Shown one piece after another: positions 20,447-30,040 of a stretch of DNA of 64,000 nt (positions within the stretch are counted from its first letter, which is position 1; every line of letters starts with the position of its first letter). The stretch is from contig JAZJZK010000025.1 in assembly GCA_040389905.1 (NCBI GenBank), forward strand, positions 38,051-102,050, written 5' to 3'. The stretch comes from Gemmatimonadota bacterium. GTDB taxonomy: Bacteria > Gemmatimonadota > Gemmatimonadetes > Gemmatimonadales > Gemmatimonadaceae. Both the position numbers and the translations under genes were made by a program. The notes under the pieces are model-generated. The model did not search any database and was not told the origin of the DNA. It saw only the letters and a program-made list of their open reading frames with translations.

Positions 20447-20449
20447 CTG

Positions 20450-21040
20450 CTACTTGGCCGAGGCCAGGTACGGGAAGGTCGTGGTGAAGCCGCCGTGCGA
20501 CGGCACGTTGTCCGTGCAGAGTGGTAGCGCGAACGGCTTGCAGACGAACTGCGTTGGATCGAGCAGATCGCTGAAGACCGCCGTCAGTGAAATGTCCACG
20601 ACGTCGTCGGCGAGTTTGCGACCGCCGTATCCCTTGCCCGTTCCGCTCAGGACATAGCTCAGGTAACCTGCGGTGCTCTGTGGTTGGTCGGTCTGAACCT
20701 GGAGCACGTCGGGCAACAGTGTTGCCGCGAGTGCCGCCTGAAGTCCCGTGGCATTCGGGCGAAACTGCGCGACGAAGCCCTTTACCGGGACGGTGAAGTT
20801 TGCAACATCGTCCGACGGATTCGAGCTTCCGTGAAACGCGTGATCGCGCTTGAGCAGGAGCACTTCGCTCACCAGCGGGTTGCCGAGCCGCTGGACTTGA
20901 TTGTATGTCGCGGGCGCGTCGGTGATGGCTGTGCCAGTGCTCGTGTCGTCGCTACACGCGGCGGCGAACGCAATGACGGAGACACCGAGCACACTGAGCA
21001 TGCCAAGGCGCGCCTGCCGAAGAAGGCTGTCGTTGAACAT
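20450..21040 (-). CDS. DUF4331-family lipoprotein (C-terminal-type half)
   Basis: Lipobox AAAC; QVQRLGNPLVSE, LLPDVL, GRKLADDVVDISL, terminal FPYLA. Confidence 0.8.
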   Translation of the reverse strand: MFNDSLLRQARLGMLSVLGVSVIAFAAACSDDTSTGTAITDAPATYNQVQRLGNPLVSEVLLLKRDHAFHGSSNPSDDVANFTVPVKGFVAQFRPNATGLQAALAATLLPDVLQVQTDQPQSTAGYLSYVLSGTGKGYGGRKLADDVVDISLTAVFSDLLDPTQFVCKPFALPLCTDNVPSHGGFTTTFPYLASAK

Positions 21041-21095
21041 TGGAGTGATACCTCGAAGCTGTGAGTAAGGTGGAAGCGATCGGAGCGCGAGAGAG

Positions 21096-21830
21096 TCAGC
21101 GGCTCGTCGTTCCCCAGAGGCCGAGTTTCGTCGTGCCGCCTGCGGTGAGTTGCGACGTCGGCAACTCGATTACGATCGACAGCACGTTCGCGCCGTAGAG
21201 GGCGTCAACGGCCGTTGCTGCTGAGCGGAATGAACTCGCGGACGGTGCATCGGGGATCTGCGAAAGCGACCCGGTACTCGGCTTACGATCGGGGAGGATG
21301 CGGAGAAATGTCTCGAGATCGAGGAAGAACGGATCCTGGCGCGCACCGGCGTACACCTGAATTCCCGATGTGGTGCCGATCACCTGATTGATGCTGCCGG
21401 TCACCGCGGGCGTGACGTCGGCGACGGTATTCGACATTGCACCGACAACCGGCGGCGCCATCGGGCCGCGTACCTCGACGGTTTGATTGGCACCTGTTCC
21501 GCGGAACGTCACTTGGACGACCTTATCTTCTTTCGCGTCGCCTGTGTTGTCGATCTTGAACTGATACAGAACATTCGGATCGAACGACGCACCCGGTGTC
21601 TGTGCCGGTGTCAGGAGCGGGCGCGTGTTCATCGCGAGCACGATGCGATCCGCGGACGCGCCGGGAAACGCATAGAAGTCGCTCATGTCCATCGCTGGGT
21701 TGAGCTCGACCAGCGGGTTGTCCTGATGGTCCGACGCGCTTGCTGCGCGTGCCCTGATGAGACCGAACATCGCGAGCGCTGTGAGCGCTGCAAGCCCAAT
21801 GCGGGCTCGGCGGTCCATACGAAACTGCAT
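21096..21830 (-). CDS. DUF4331-family secreted protein (N-terminal-type half)
   Basis: GGAGG RBS; signal peptide, then ASDHQDNP, DMSDFYAF, YQFKIDNTGD, AGARQDPFFLD, NVLSIVIELP. Confidence 0.82.
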   Translation of the reverse strand: MQFRMDRRARIGLAALTALAMFGLIRARAASASDHQDNPLVELNPAMDMSDFYAFPGASADRIVLAMNTRPLLTPAQTPGASFDPNVLYQFKIDNTGDAKEDKVVQVTFRGTGANQTVEVRGPMAPPVVGAMSNTVADVTPAVTGSINQVIGTTSGIQVYAGARQDPFFLDLETFLRILPDRKPSTGSLSQIPDAPSASSFRSAATAVDALYGANVLSIVIELPTSQLTAGGTTKLGLWGTTSR

Positions 21831-21937
21831 TGTGATCCTCCGTGGTGGCGCGTTGTGTTGTCGATTACGCCAACCGCTCGGAATTGGATCTCTCGCGACC
21901 AACGGGCACGGATGCGAATGACAGAAGCGTCACGTTT

Positions 21938-22140
21938 TTACCGCGGAGGGCGCAGAGGAGCAGAGGAACGCAGAGGAAGGCGTGAGAGGTGCAGACCCTC
22001 GACTCGCGTCGCTCGCTCGGGGTGACAACGTTGGCGTTGTTCCCCTCGTTTTGTCGCCCTGAGCTTGAGCGAAGGGCCCGCACCTTCAGCTGTAGTTCCT
22101 CTGCGAACCTCTGCGCCTCTGCGCCCTCTGCGGTTCAAAT
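21938..22140. repeat. Composite BIME-like element: B arm, inverted A, A, inverted B arm
   Basis: CCGCGGAGGGCGCAGAGG... / GGTGCAGACCC...GGGTGACA / TTGTCGCCCTGAGC...GAAGGGCCCGCACC / CCTCTGCG...CTCTGCGGTTCAAAT. Confidence 0.85.
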
Positions 22141-22184
22141 GACACCGCCGGTGTACTGCCAATTTGTAGCCTGAGGCGGACGCT

Positions 22185-22592
22185 CTATCGTCGCGGAACG
22201 ATGGCCATTGTGCATCGCGACACACAGACCATTCGTCCTTGCTCGTCTACAATCTCCACGGCCCACACATGCGACGTGCGGCCGACATGCACGGGCTTCG
22301 CCGTCGCGGTGACGATCCCTTCGGATTTTCCGCGCAGATGATTGCCGTTGATCTCCTGGCCGACGGCGACGAACGCATCGAGATCGATGCGCGATGCCGC
22401 GCCGATGGATGCAACTGTCTCGGCTAACGCGATCGAAGCGCCGCCGTGCAGAATCCCGAACGGCTGATGCGTGCGATGGTCCACCGGCATCGTGGCAATG
22501 ACACCAGCGTCGTCGATCGACACGAGCTCGATGCCGAGCACGCCCGCCATCCCATTGGTGGCGATGGCGGCGAGCGCCTCCCGTTGCGTCAC
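22185..22592 (-). CDS. Hotdog-fold (PaaI/MenI-like) thioesterase
   Basis: MPVDHRTHQPFGILHGGASIALAET, GQEINGNH; GTG start overlapping the upstream stop. Confidence 0.9.
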   Translation of the reverse strand: MTQREALAAIATNGMAGVLGIELVSIDDAGVIATMPVDHRTHQPFGILHGGASIALAETVASIGAASRIDLDAFVAVGQEINGNHLRGKSEGIVTATAKPVHVGRTSHVWAVEIVDEQGRMVCVSRCTMAIVPRR

Positions 22593-24079
22593 GGAACGAC
22601 GCGTGGCGGACGCGTCTTCATCAGCGCTTCGATCTCGGATATCTCGCGCGGCACGGTACTGATCCGTTCGAGGCCCTGCGGCGTAATGATGTAGTCGTCT
22701 TCGATGCGGACGCCGGTGTTCTCGTACCGCGCCACCACCGGCCTCACTTTCGCGATGAAGGCGCGATTCTTCGGTGTGTCCGGGAGCACATCGAGCATCG
22801 ATGTCGAGAGATAGATGCCAGGCTCGATGGTAAATGCATCGCCCTGCTTGAAGGTCTTGTCGCCCTTGTAGAACTGCGCGGGATCGTGAACGGCGAGCCC
22901 GAGTCCGTGGGAGATTCCGTGAATCGTCCAGAAGCTCGCCTGCGTGCACCCGCGCTTGTTGACCGTGCAGTTGGTCGGCCACGGCATGTCCAGTGTGGCG
23001 TCGGCACTCTCGATGAGGCCGAGCGCAGCGAGTCCCTTCGCTCGGACATCGAACGACGAGTCCGACGATGCTGACGCCTTCATGCCCGGCTTTGCGTTCC
23101 GCTCGGCGGCTGCCTGCGCGTCGCGAACGAGTTGATAGATCGACCGCTGCTCGGGTGTGAATGTTCCACTCACGGGAATCGTTCGCGTGATGTCCGCGGC
23201 GTACCCCTCATACTCCGTTGCGGCGTCCATCACCACGACGTCGCCCGGCTTGATGTCGCCGCGATCCTTCATGTAGTGCAGCTGCGTGCCGCGCGCGCCA
23301 CCGCCTACGATCGACCCGTACGAGGGGCGCGCACCGCCAAGACGCATGAATTGATATTCGAGCGCGGCCTGGAGTTCATATTCCTTCGTGGGCTGCGCGA
23401 GCGTCATCGCGGCGCGGTGCCCTTCGGAGCTGATCTCCGCGGCCTTCTTCAACAGCGCGAACTCGGCGGGGCTCTTCCTGGCGCGCAATTCGTCCACGAT
23501 CTCGTGCGCGTCCTTGACGGTGAGCCCGGGATTTCGCGTGGCGAGCGACTTCATGAACGCCGCGCCGCGCGTGAGCGAGTCCACGTCGGCAAAGTCCGCG
23601 TCGGAGAAGTCCGCGAGGTAGTAAAACGGAACACCGGTCTTTGCGAGCGAGTCGACGACCTTGGTGATCGCGGACGCCGCTCTGGCGTTCATGCGATAGT
23701 CACGCACCACAGCGGCCGAGTCTGGACGCCGGCCGTAGTAGAAGGCCGTTCGTGGTTCGATCGGCGTGAGAAAGACCGTGCTCGTTGCCTTTCCGTTCTT
23801 CGCCTGCAGGACGAACGCAGCGTCCGGCTCGTCGAAGTTTGTCAGGTAGTGGAACGCGGGCAGTTGAAAGAAGGTGCCGAAATCGGTGATCGGCGTGCGT
23901 CCGCCAAACGCGACAACGACGCCGTTGCCGATTCGCGCCGCGAGCGAGTCGCGACGCGCGGCGTATTCGGCGGCGGGGATCTGCGCGGATGCGAGTTGCG
24001 CAACACACAGGAGTCCTAACACACGCCGAAAAAGTGCAGGCCCTTCGCTTCGATCAGGGCGACAATGTGGGGCGATCAT
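22589..24079 (-). CDS. pepP: Xaa-Pro aminopeptidase (M24B), secreted
   Basis: FHYLTNFDEPD, LHY, MDAATEYEGYAADITRT, HGISHGLGLAVHD, TIEPGIY, GVRIEDD; ATG 24079 overlaps the DPP stop. Confidence 0.9.
   Translation of the reverse strand: MIAPHCRPDRSEGPALFRRVLGLLCVAQLASAQIPAAEYAARRDSLAARIGNGVVVAFGGRTPITDFGTFFQLPAFHYLTNFDEPDAAFVLQAKNGKATSTVFLTPIEPRTAFYYGRRPDSAAVVRDYRMNARAASAITKVVDSLAKTGVPFYYLADFSDADFADVDSLTRGAAFMKSLATRNPGLTVKDAHEIVDELRARKSPAEFALLKKAAEISSEGHRAAMTLAQPTKEYELQAALEYQFMRLGGARPSYGSIVGGGARGTQLHYMKDRGDIKPGDVVVMDAATEYEGYAADITRTIPVSGTFTPEQRSIYQLVRDAQAAAERNAKPGMKASASSDSSFDVRAKGLAALGLIESADATLDMPWPTNCTVNKRGCTQASFWTIHGISHGLGLAVHDPAQFYKGDKTFKQGDAFTIEPGIYLSTSMLDVLPDTPKNRAFIAKVRPVVARYENTGVRIEDDYIITPQGLERISTVPREISEIEALMKTRPPRVVP
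24034..24064. repeat. Family A REP-like element inside the 5' coding region of pepP
   Basis: GTGCAGGCCCTTCGCTTCGATCAGGGCGACA, nearly identical to 15381-15411. Confidence 0.8.
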
Positions 24080-26451
24080 GGGACGGGCCTCTGCGGTTGG
24101 CCGATCTGATATTCCTTCGGCGGCTCGGCGCCCATCAAGTTCTTCACGAAGTAGTCCCACCGTTTCCTCATCATGTATGGCGACATCGCGCCGTAGCCGT
24201 GTCCCTGGTTCGGCAGCATCAGCAGATCGAAATCCTTGTTCGCCTTGATCAGCGCATCAGCCACGAGCGTCGTGTTATCGGGCGGGACGTTCTCGTCCAG
24301 CGTTCCATGTGCGAGCAGGAGTTTGCCCTTGAGATTCTTGACCAACGACTGATTGGCTTCCGGCGAATAGTTGTCGGTGCCGTCGGGATTCCGCGTGAGC
24401 AGCCCCTGGTAGCGCTCACCCCAGTCATCTTCGTAGACGCGATTGTCGTGGTTTCCCGACTCCGCGATGCCGACCCTGAAGAAATCGGGATAACGGAACA
24501 TCGCATCGGCCGTGGCGAACCCGCCGCCGGAGTGACCCCAGATGCCGGCTTTGTCCAGATCGATGAACGGATAACGCGCAGCCAACTCCTTCATTCCCGC
24601 GACCTGATCGGGCAGCGTGTTGTCGCCCATCTTTCCGTAGTACGCGTCGTGAAATGACTTGGAGCGCCACGGCGTTCCCATGCCATCGATCTCGACGACG
24701 ATGAAGCCCAGTTCTGCCAGCGCCTGATTGTCGCCGCGCGCAGGGTTGAAGCCTCGTCCCCCGACGCTTCCCGTTTGCGGTCCGGGGTAGATATGGTTGA
24801 TCACCGGATACTTCTTCGTCGAGTCGAGCCGGCTTGGCGTGTACATCAGGCCGTAGAGATCCGTCTTGCCGTCGCGCGCCTTCACGGTAATCGGCACCGG
24901 TGCCTTCCAACCACTCGCGACCAAGCGCGTGATGTCCGCCTTCTCGAGCGTCGCGATCAACTTGCCCGCCGCGTCGCGCAGCACAGTGACTGGCGCAACG
25001 TTGGGCTGCGCGTACGAGTCGACGAAATACCGTCCCGATGGCGAGAGCGCGACATCATGGTCGCCGTTCTCAGGGGTCAGGATAGCGAAGTTCTTTCCAT
25101 CCATTCCCACTCGACAGAACTGCTTGAAATACGGATCGCGGCCGGGCGTCTTGCCAACGCAGCCGAACCAGAGCGTCCGCGTCTTTTCGTCCGTACGCAG
25201 CAGTTGCGTCACGTTGCCGACGCCGGTCGTGATCTGATTCTTGAGCTTCCCCGTGGTAAGGTCATACAGGTAGAGCTGACCCCAGTCATCGCGCTCCGAG
25301 AACCAGATGACTTCGTTCGATGCTGGCAGCACATGCCAGTTGACCTTCCCATTCCCCGACTCGAATTGCGTCGCCACCGTTTCCTGCAGCACGTCGCGAA
25401 CGGCACCGGTGTTCGCGTCGGCAATGCGGAGCTTCACGGCCTTGTGGTCTCGCGAGACGGACACGAAGGCAACGTGCGAACCATCGGCGTACCACTCGAC
25501 ATCGGTCCATTCGTCTCCACGACAGGAGATATCATCGCACAGCGTGGAGCGATGCTCGTCGGCCGGCATCTGGAGCCGAGTCAGCTTCGCGGCGTCGACA
25601 TCGATGACGACGCGCTGGATGGTCGTGATGATGCTGTCGCCCGGCAGCGGGTACGGCCAGGCGTGCAGCTCCGGATGTCCCGCCCTCGTGGCAACGACGT
25701 ACATCTGGCCAACGCCTCGCTCGTCCTGCTGAAAGGTCGCGATCTTCTTCGAATCCGGTGACCACAGGAGAATCGGCCGGTCGCTGCGCGTCCATCCCGC
25801 ATTGTCCGTCGCGTAGCCGAAATTCTTCACCCCATCCGTCGTGAGTGCTGTTTCCTTTCCGGTCGAAACGTCACGCACCCAGAGGTTGTAATTCCTGATG
25901 AACGCGGCGCGCTTGCCGTCGGGCGAGCGTGATTCGGGCCGCCCCGAGGCTCCCCCACCCCTGCCCCCGGCGGGCGGCAGCGCCGGCGCTTCTCGATCGT
26001 CCAGCGCCGCACCGCAACGACCGGTCTCCGGGTTGCAATCGAACCGCTTTCCCCCGGTCACGCGAAGACGAAGCGTTCCATCCGGCGCGTAGTCGAGCGC
26101 TTGAAAGGGGAGCTGGTTCGGATCGACAAGGGAGCCCATGGCCGCCGACAGTCCGGCGGCGAGCTTTCCCGCGTCGAACGCCCGCGAGCGTGTCTCCTTC
26201 GCGGGGTCGACGAGGATGAATTCCGCACCGGCCGGGGTGGTGACCCGATACCAGAAGCGCTCATCCGGGAGCCACGTGGCCCTGATGCCCGTGCCGTAAA
26301 CGAGCGGCGCCATCGTCGCGGTGAGATGGTGCTCGGCGCGTTGATAGTCGGCCGCAGTGAGCGCGCGCGGCTGCTGTGCCACCAAGGCGCTGCTCACGAG
26401 CGCGCTTGCCAACGTTGCGCCGAATACGCGTCTGAGTCGAGTGTCTGTCAT
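24076..26451 (-). CDS. S9B dipeptidyl-peptidase IV-family serine peptidase, secreted
   Basis: Signal peptide, propeller region (WSPDSKKIA), YPGP, nucleophile WGHSGGG, HGTLDENV, GHG. Confidence 0.93.
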   Translation of the reverse strand: MTDTRLRRVFGATLASALVSSALVAQQPRALTAADYQRAEHHLTATMAPLVYGTGIRATWLPDERFWYRVTTPAGAEFILVDPAKETRSRAFDAGKLAAGLSAAMGSLVDPNQLPFQALDYAPDGTLRLRVTGGKRFDCNPETGRCGAALDDREAPALPPAGGRGGGASGRPESRSPDGKRAAFIRNYNLWVRDVSTGKETALTTDGVKNFGYATDNAGWTRSDRPILLWSPDSKKIATFQQDERGVGQMYVVATRAGHPELHAWPYPLPGDSIITTIQRVVIDVDAAKLTRLQMPADEHRSTLCDDISCRGDEWTDVEWYADGSHVAFVSVSRDHKAVKLRIADANTGAVRDVLQETVATQFESGNGKVNWHVLPASNEVIWFSERDDWGQLYLYDLTTGKLKNQITTGVGNVTQLLRTDEKTRTLWFGCVGKTPGRDPYFKQFCRVGMDGKNFAILTPENGDHDVALSPSGRYFVDSYAQPNVAPVTVLRDAAGKLIATLEKADITRLVASGWKAPVPITVKARDGKTDLYGLMYTPSRLDSTKKYPVINHIYPGPQTGSVGGRGFNPARGDNQALAELGFIVVEIDGMGTPWRSKSFHDAYYGKMGDNTLPDQVAGMKELAARYPFIDLDKAGIWGHSGGGFATADAMFRYPDFFRVGIAESGNHDNRVYEDDWGERYQGLLTRNPDGTDNYSPEANQSLVKNLKGKLLLAHGTLDENVPPDNTTLVADALIKANKDFDLLMLPNQGHGYGAMSPYMMRKRWDYFVKNLMGAEPPKEYQIGQPQRPVP

Positions 26452-26576
26452 TCAGGACCTGTAACGTGAGAGTCGGGGAATTGAGAATCTATGACAAACT
26501 CCACGACCAGTTAAGCTGGCGCTTCCAGTCCATTGGGAATATCGTCGTCAGAGACTTCCCGCGCCGCTTCCCGAGC

Positions 26577-27470
26577 ATGCCTGAACTCCCGGATGTCACC
26601 GTGTACATCGAGGCCATCGAGGAACGCGTCGGCAAGCAGCCGCTGCGCGGGTATTCGATTCTCAGCCCATTCATCCTGCGGACCGTCGACCCCAGCCTGA
26701 ATGAGCTGATCGGGCGTTCCGTCACTGGCGTCAGCCGACTCGGGAAACGAATCGTGTTCGCGTTCGACGACGACCTGTTTCTCGTGATCCACCTCATGAT
26801 CGCCGGCCGGTTTCGTTGGTTCCCGGCGGGCGCCAGAAAGAAGCTGCCTGGACGCATCGCCCTCGCCGAATTCGAGTTTCCGACCGGCAGCCTCATCCTC
26901 ACCGAAGCCGGCACGAAACGCCGTGCCTCGCTGCACATGCTGCGTGGCGCCGCCGCGCTGACGCAATTCGATCGTGGCGGCCTGGAAGTCCTCGACGCGA
27001 CGCCGGCGCAGTTCGCCGAGCGTCTCGCTCGAGAGAATCACACGCTCAAGCGCTCGCTCACGGATCCTCGACTCTTCAGCGGGATCGGCAACGCCTATTC
27101 CGACGAAATCCTGCATCGTGCGCGGCTATCCCCGCTCAAGCTCACCAGCCGGCTGGCCGCGGACGAGATTGCTCGGCTCTTCGACGCAACACGCGCGACG
27201 CTCATCGAGTGGACCGATCGCATGCGGGCCGAGCGCGCCGGAGGGTTTCCGGAGAAGGTGACGGCGTTTCGCGAGGGAATGGCCGTGCATGGGCGGTACC
27301 AGCAACCATGCCCTGTGTGTGGGAGTCCAATCCAGCGTATTCGCTATCGCGACAACGAAACCAACTACTGCGTTCGATGCCAGACCGAAGGACGGCTGCT
27401 CGCCGATCGAGCGATGTCCCGGTTGTTGAAGCAGGACTGGCCCAAGACGTTGGAAGAATTGGAAGGTTGA
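26577..27470 (+). CDS. Fpg/Nei-family DNA glycosylase/AP lyase
   Basis: N-terminal MPELPDV, HLMIAG, H2TH SGIGNAYSDEIL, zinc finger CPVC...CVRCQ. Confidence 0.93.
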   Translation: MPELPDVTVYIEAIEERVGKQPLRGYSILSPFILRTVDPSLNELIGRSVTGVSRLGKRIVFAFDDDLFLVIHLMIAGRFRWFPAGARKKLPGRIALAEFEFPTGSLILTEAGTKRRASLHMLRGAAALTQFDRGGLEVLDATPAQFAERLARENHTLKRSLTDPRLFSGIGNAYSDEILHRARLSPLKLTSRLAADEIARLFDATRATLIEWTDRMRAERAGGFPEKVTAFREGMAVHGRYQQPCPVCGSPIQRIRYRDNETNYCVRCQTEGRLLADRAMSRLLKQDWPKTLEELEG

Positions 27471-27546
27471 GATGTGGCCGGTTGCGGATCTGGACGGCGC
27501 CATGTTTCGGACCGATAGTTAACACGTGGAAAGCGAGGAGCATCCC

Positions 27547-27957
27547 GTGCAACACACGTTCACGCGTCGTCAACTGATCGGCTCGGCCATCGCTGCGCTC
27601 GTGCTGCCGTGGCGCACGTGGGCACAACGGCGCGATGCACCCGGTCCGCATCCCACGCCCCGCGCGGGTATTACGGGAGCGAAAGTCTTGACAGCGGAGC
27701 AACTCGGGAAGAAAACCGAACTGATTCCGCTGTTCGACGCCGTGCGCGAGGCGCCCGAAATCGTCGACGGCATCCGGTGCAATTGCGGCTGCGCCAGCTT
27801 CAAGGGCTTCTATTCCCTGCTCTCCTGTTATGAAGGCGAGGCGATGGCGCGCGAGTGCGCCATCTGCCAGGGTCAGGGCAGGCTCGCCACGCGGCTGCAC
27901 AAGGCTGGCAAGACGCTGGACGAGATTCGCGCGGCAGTCGACGCCAAGTTTGGATGA
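27547..27957 (+). CDS. PCYCGC-like Cys-rich protein with probable Tat signal
   Basis: GAGGAG RBS before GTG 27547; TRRQLI twin-Arg motif; RCNCGC...SLLSCY...CAIC. Confidence 0.75.
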   Translation: MQHTFTRRQLIGSAIAALVLPWRTWAQRRDAPGPHPTPRAGITGAKVLTAEQLGKKTELIPLFDAVREAPEIVDGIRCNCGCASFKGFYSLLSCYEGEAMARECAICQGQGRLATRLHKAGKTLDEIRAAVDAKFG

Positions 27958-28847
27958 ATCGCATGCGTGGCTGGTCGTTCGCAAGCGCTGCGCTGCTCGT
28001 CGTTCTGCCCTCGGCGGCGCGCGCACAAATCCGCGCGAGCGAGATGGGGAGTTTCTCCCAGACAATCGACGGTACCAAGATCACGATCGACTATTCACGC
28101 CCGCGCGGGCGCGGCCGCGATCCGCTGTTCGGCAACGACAAGGTCGTGAAGTGGGACGAGGTGTGGACGCCAGGTGCCAACTGGGCGACCACGCTCGACG
28201 TGGACAAACCGGTGAAGCTCGAGGGCCGCGCGGTTCCGGCTGGCAAGTACTCGGTCTGGATGGTCGTGCGACAGAGCGGGAACTGGACCGTGGTGCTCGA
28301 CCCGCGCCCCAAGCTCTTTCACATGTCGGCGCCCGATTCGACATCGCGACAGATCCGCTTTCCAATCAAGATCCACAAAGCCCCGTACCTTGACGTCCTT
28401 ACCTGGTCCATGCCGGAGCTGCGCATCGATGGCGGAACGCTCGCCATGCAGTGGGGCACCACGCGCGTCGCAATGAAACTCGACGTCGCGCCGTCGCTGG
28501 TGATCACCCTCGCCGAGTCCGACGCCGTGCCCTATTTGGGCGCGTACGACTACGTAGAGAAGGGCCCGCAGGATAGTGTGATCAAGAAGAAGTTCTACGT
28601 CGTCTATGAGAAAGGAACCCTGAAAGGGTACTGGGATCCCAACGACGACTACTTCAACCGCTTTGCACTGATCCGCATTGCGCCCGACTGGTTCGCACCC
28701 GGCGTCTACGACGAGAAGGGCGTGCTCTACGAGGTGCTCCGCCCAGACATCACGATCGAGTTCACCTGTATCAACGGAAAGGCAATGTCGTTCGAGTTCC
28801 GTGGCGACGACGACAAGGTGTTCGCGAGTGGCAGGCGCGTGCCCTGA
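27954..28847 (+). CDS. DUF2911 domain secreted protein with C-terminal extension
   Basis: ITIDYSRPRGRGR..LFG...VWTPGANWAT, VPAGKYSVW, WTVVL; ATGA overlap. Confidence 0.85.
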   Translation: MNRMRGWSFASAALLVVLPSAARAQIRASEMGSFSQTIDGTKITIDYSRPRGRGRDPLFGNDKVVKWDEVWTPGANWATTLDVDKPVKLEGRAVPAGKYSVWMVVRQSGNWTVVLDPRPKLFHMSAPDSTSRQIRFPIKIHKAPYLDVLTWSMPELRIDGGTLAMQWGTTRVAMKLDVAPSLVITLAESDAVPYLGAYDYVEKGPQDSVIKKKFYVVYEKGTLKGYWDPNDDYFNRFALIRIAPDWFAPGVYDEKGVLYEVLRPDITIEFTCINGKAMSFEFRGDDDKVFASGRRVP

Positions 28848-29779
28848 CAAGTCGCATCTCGCGCGTCTGTGCCGGCAGCTTATTGTTCGTGCTTGCGCCC
28901 GCACTCGCAGTGGCGCAATCAGGCCGGACGCAGGTCGTCATGCTCGGAACCGGTACGCCCATCCCCGACCCCGATCGCAGCGGACCTGCGGTGGCGATTG
29001 TTGTCGACTCGGTGGCCTACCTGTTCGACGCCGGCTCCGGCGTGGTGCGTCGTGCGGCGGCCGCCGGCCGCAATGGCGTTCGGGCCTTCGCCGGTCGCGC
29101 CGCGGGTGCCCAGCCATCGCCTCGCTTCGCGGCCCTCTTTCTCACGCACCTCCACTCCGATCACACGCTCGGTCTCGCGGACGTGATCTTCACGCCCTGG
29201 ATTCAGGGTAGAGCGGCGCCGCTGCACATCTACGGTCCTCCGGGTACGAATCGGCTCGTCGCCGGCATTCTCGACGGCAACGCCGAGGATATCGCGGAGC
29301 GCGTGGCGTCGTCCGCCGGTCCGTCGGCGAATGGATGGAAGGCAGTAGTGCACGAGATCGCAGACGGTCTCGTCTATCAGGATGCGCGCATCTCGGTGCG
29401 CGCGTTCGCCGTTCCGCACTCAGCCTGGAAGTACGCGTTCGGGTATCGCATCCAGACCCCGGACCGCGTCATCGTCATCAGTGGCGATGCACGCGCCAAC
29501 CCCGCGATCGCGGAACAATGTCGTGGGTGCGATGTGTTGATTCACGAGGTGTATTCGGACGCTGGCTTCGCGACGATTCCGCCAGCGAGGCAGACGTACC
29601 ACGCCCAGGCACACACATCGGGCACGCAGCTCGGAGACATCGCGACGGCAGCGAAGCCGGCGCTGCTCGTGCTTTATCACCAGCTGTTCTTCGGTGCCTC
29701 CGAAGAATCGTTGATTGCCGAGGTGCGTTCGCGCTTCCGAGGCCGGGTGGTGTCGGCTCGGGACCTCGAGGTCTACTAG
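28844..29779 (+). CDS. Secreted MBL-fold hydrolase (RNase Z/AtsA-like)
   Basis: LGTGTP, FDAGSG, THLHSDH, ISGD, LIHE, HTS, LYH. Start CTG 28844 or TTG 28883. Confidence 0.88.
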   Translation: MTSRISRVCAGSLLFVLAPALAVAQSGRTQVVMLGTGTPIPDPDRSGPAVAIVVDSVAYLFDAGSGVVRRAAAAGRNGVRAFAGRAAGAQPSPRFAALFLTHLHSDHTLGLADVIFTPWIQGRAAPLHIYGPPGTNRLVAGILDGNAEDIAERVASSAGPSANGWKAVVHEIADGLVYQDARISVRAFAVPHSAWKYAFGYRIQTPDRVIVISGDARANPAIAEQCRGCDVLIHEVYSDAGFATIPPARQTYHAQAHTSGTQLGDIATAAKPALLVLYHQLFFGASEESLIAEVRSRFRGRVVSARDLEVY

Positions 29780-29831
29780 GCACTCTTGTGGTGAATCAGC
29801 CTCGGTGCGGAGTTAAGAGGCGCAACTCGCA

Positions 29832-30018
29832 TTTACCGCAGAGGGCGCGGAGGAGCAGAGGGACGCAGAGGAACTGCAACAGCAGGTGCAGGCCCTTCGC
29901 TTCGCTCCCTTCGTCGCTTGCGCGCCTCGAGGGCAGGCAGGCGACAAAACGAGCGTCCTACGCACACGATGTTTGCTTTTCCTCTGCGCGCCTCTGCCCT
30001 CTGCGGTGAAAATGACAC
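29832..30018. repeat. Composite REP-like element (B arm, expanded A, inverted B arm)
   Basis: TTTACCGCAGAGGGCGCGGAGG... GGTGCAGGCCCTTCGC...GGCAGGCAGGCGACAAAACGAGCG ...CCTCTGCCCTCTGCGGTGAAAATGACACC. Confidence 0.85.
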
Positions 30019-30040
30019 CCCTCTGTCCACTGCGTACGTG

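Noticed and set aside
21880..21916. SigK-like ECF promoter (GCATCC-N14-CGAG, minus strand) for the DUF4331 operon
   Set aside because: Match is too short and degenerate to support without homolog alignment.
21938..22140. IS element or tRNA at the composite repeats
   Set aside because: No transposase ORF, no clear target-site duplication and no cloverleaf; treated as REP-like.
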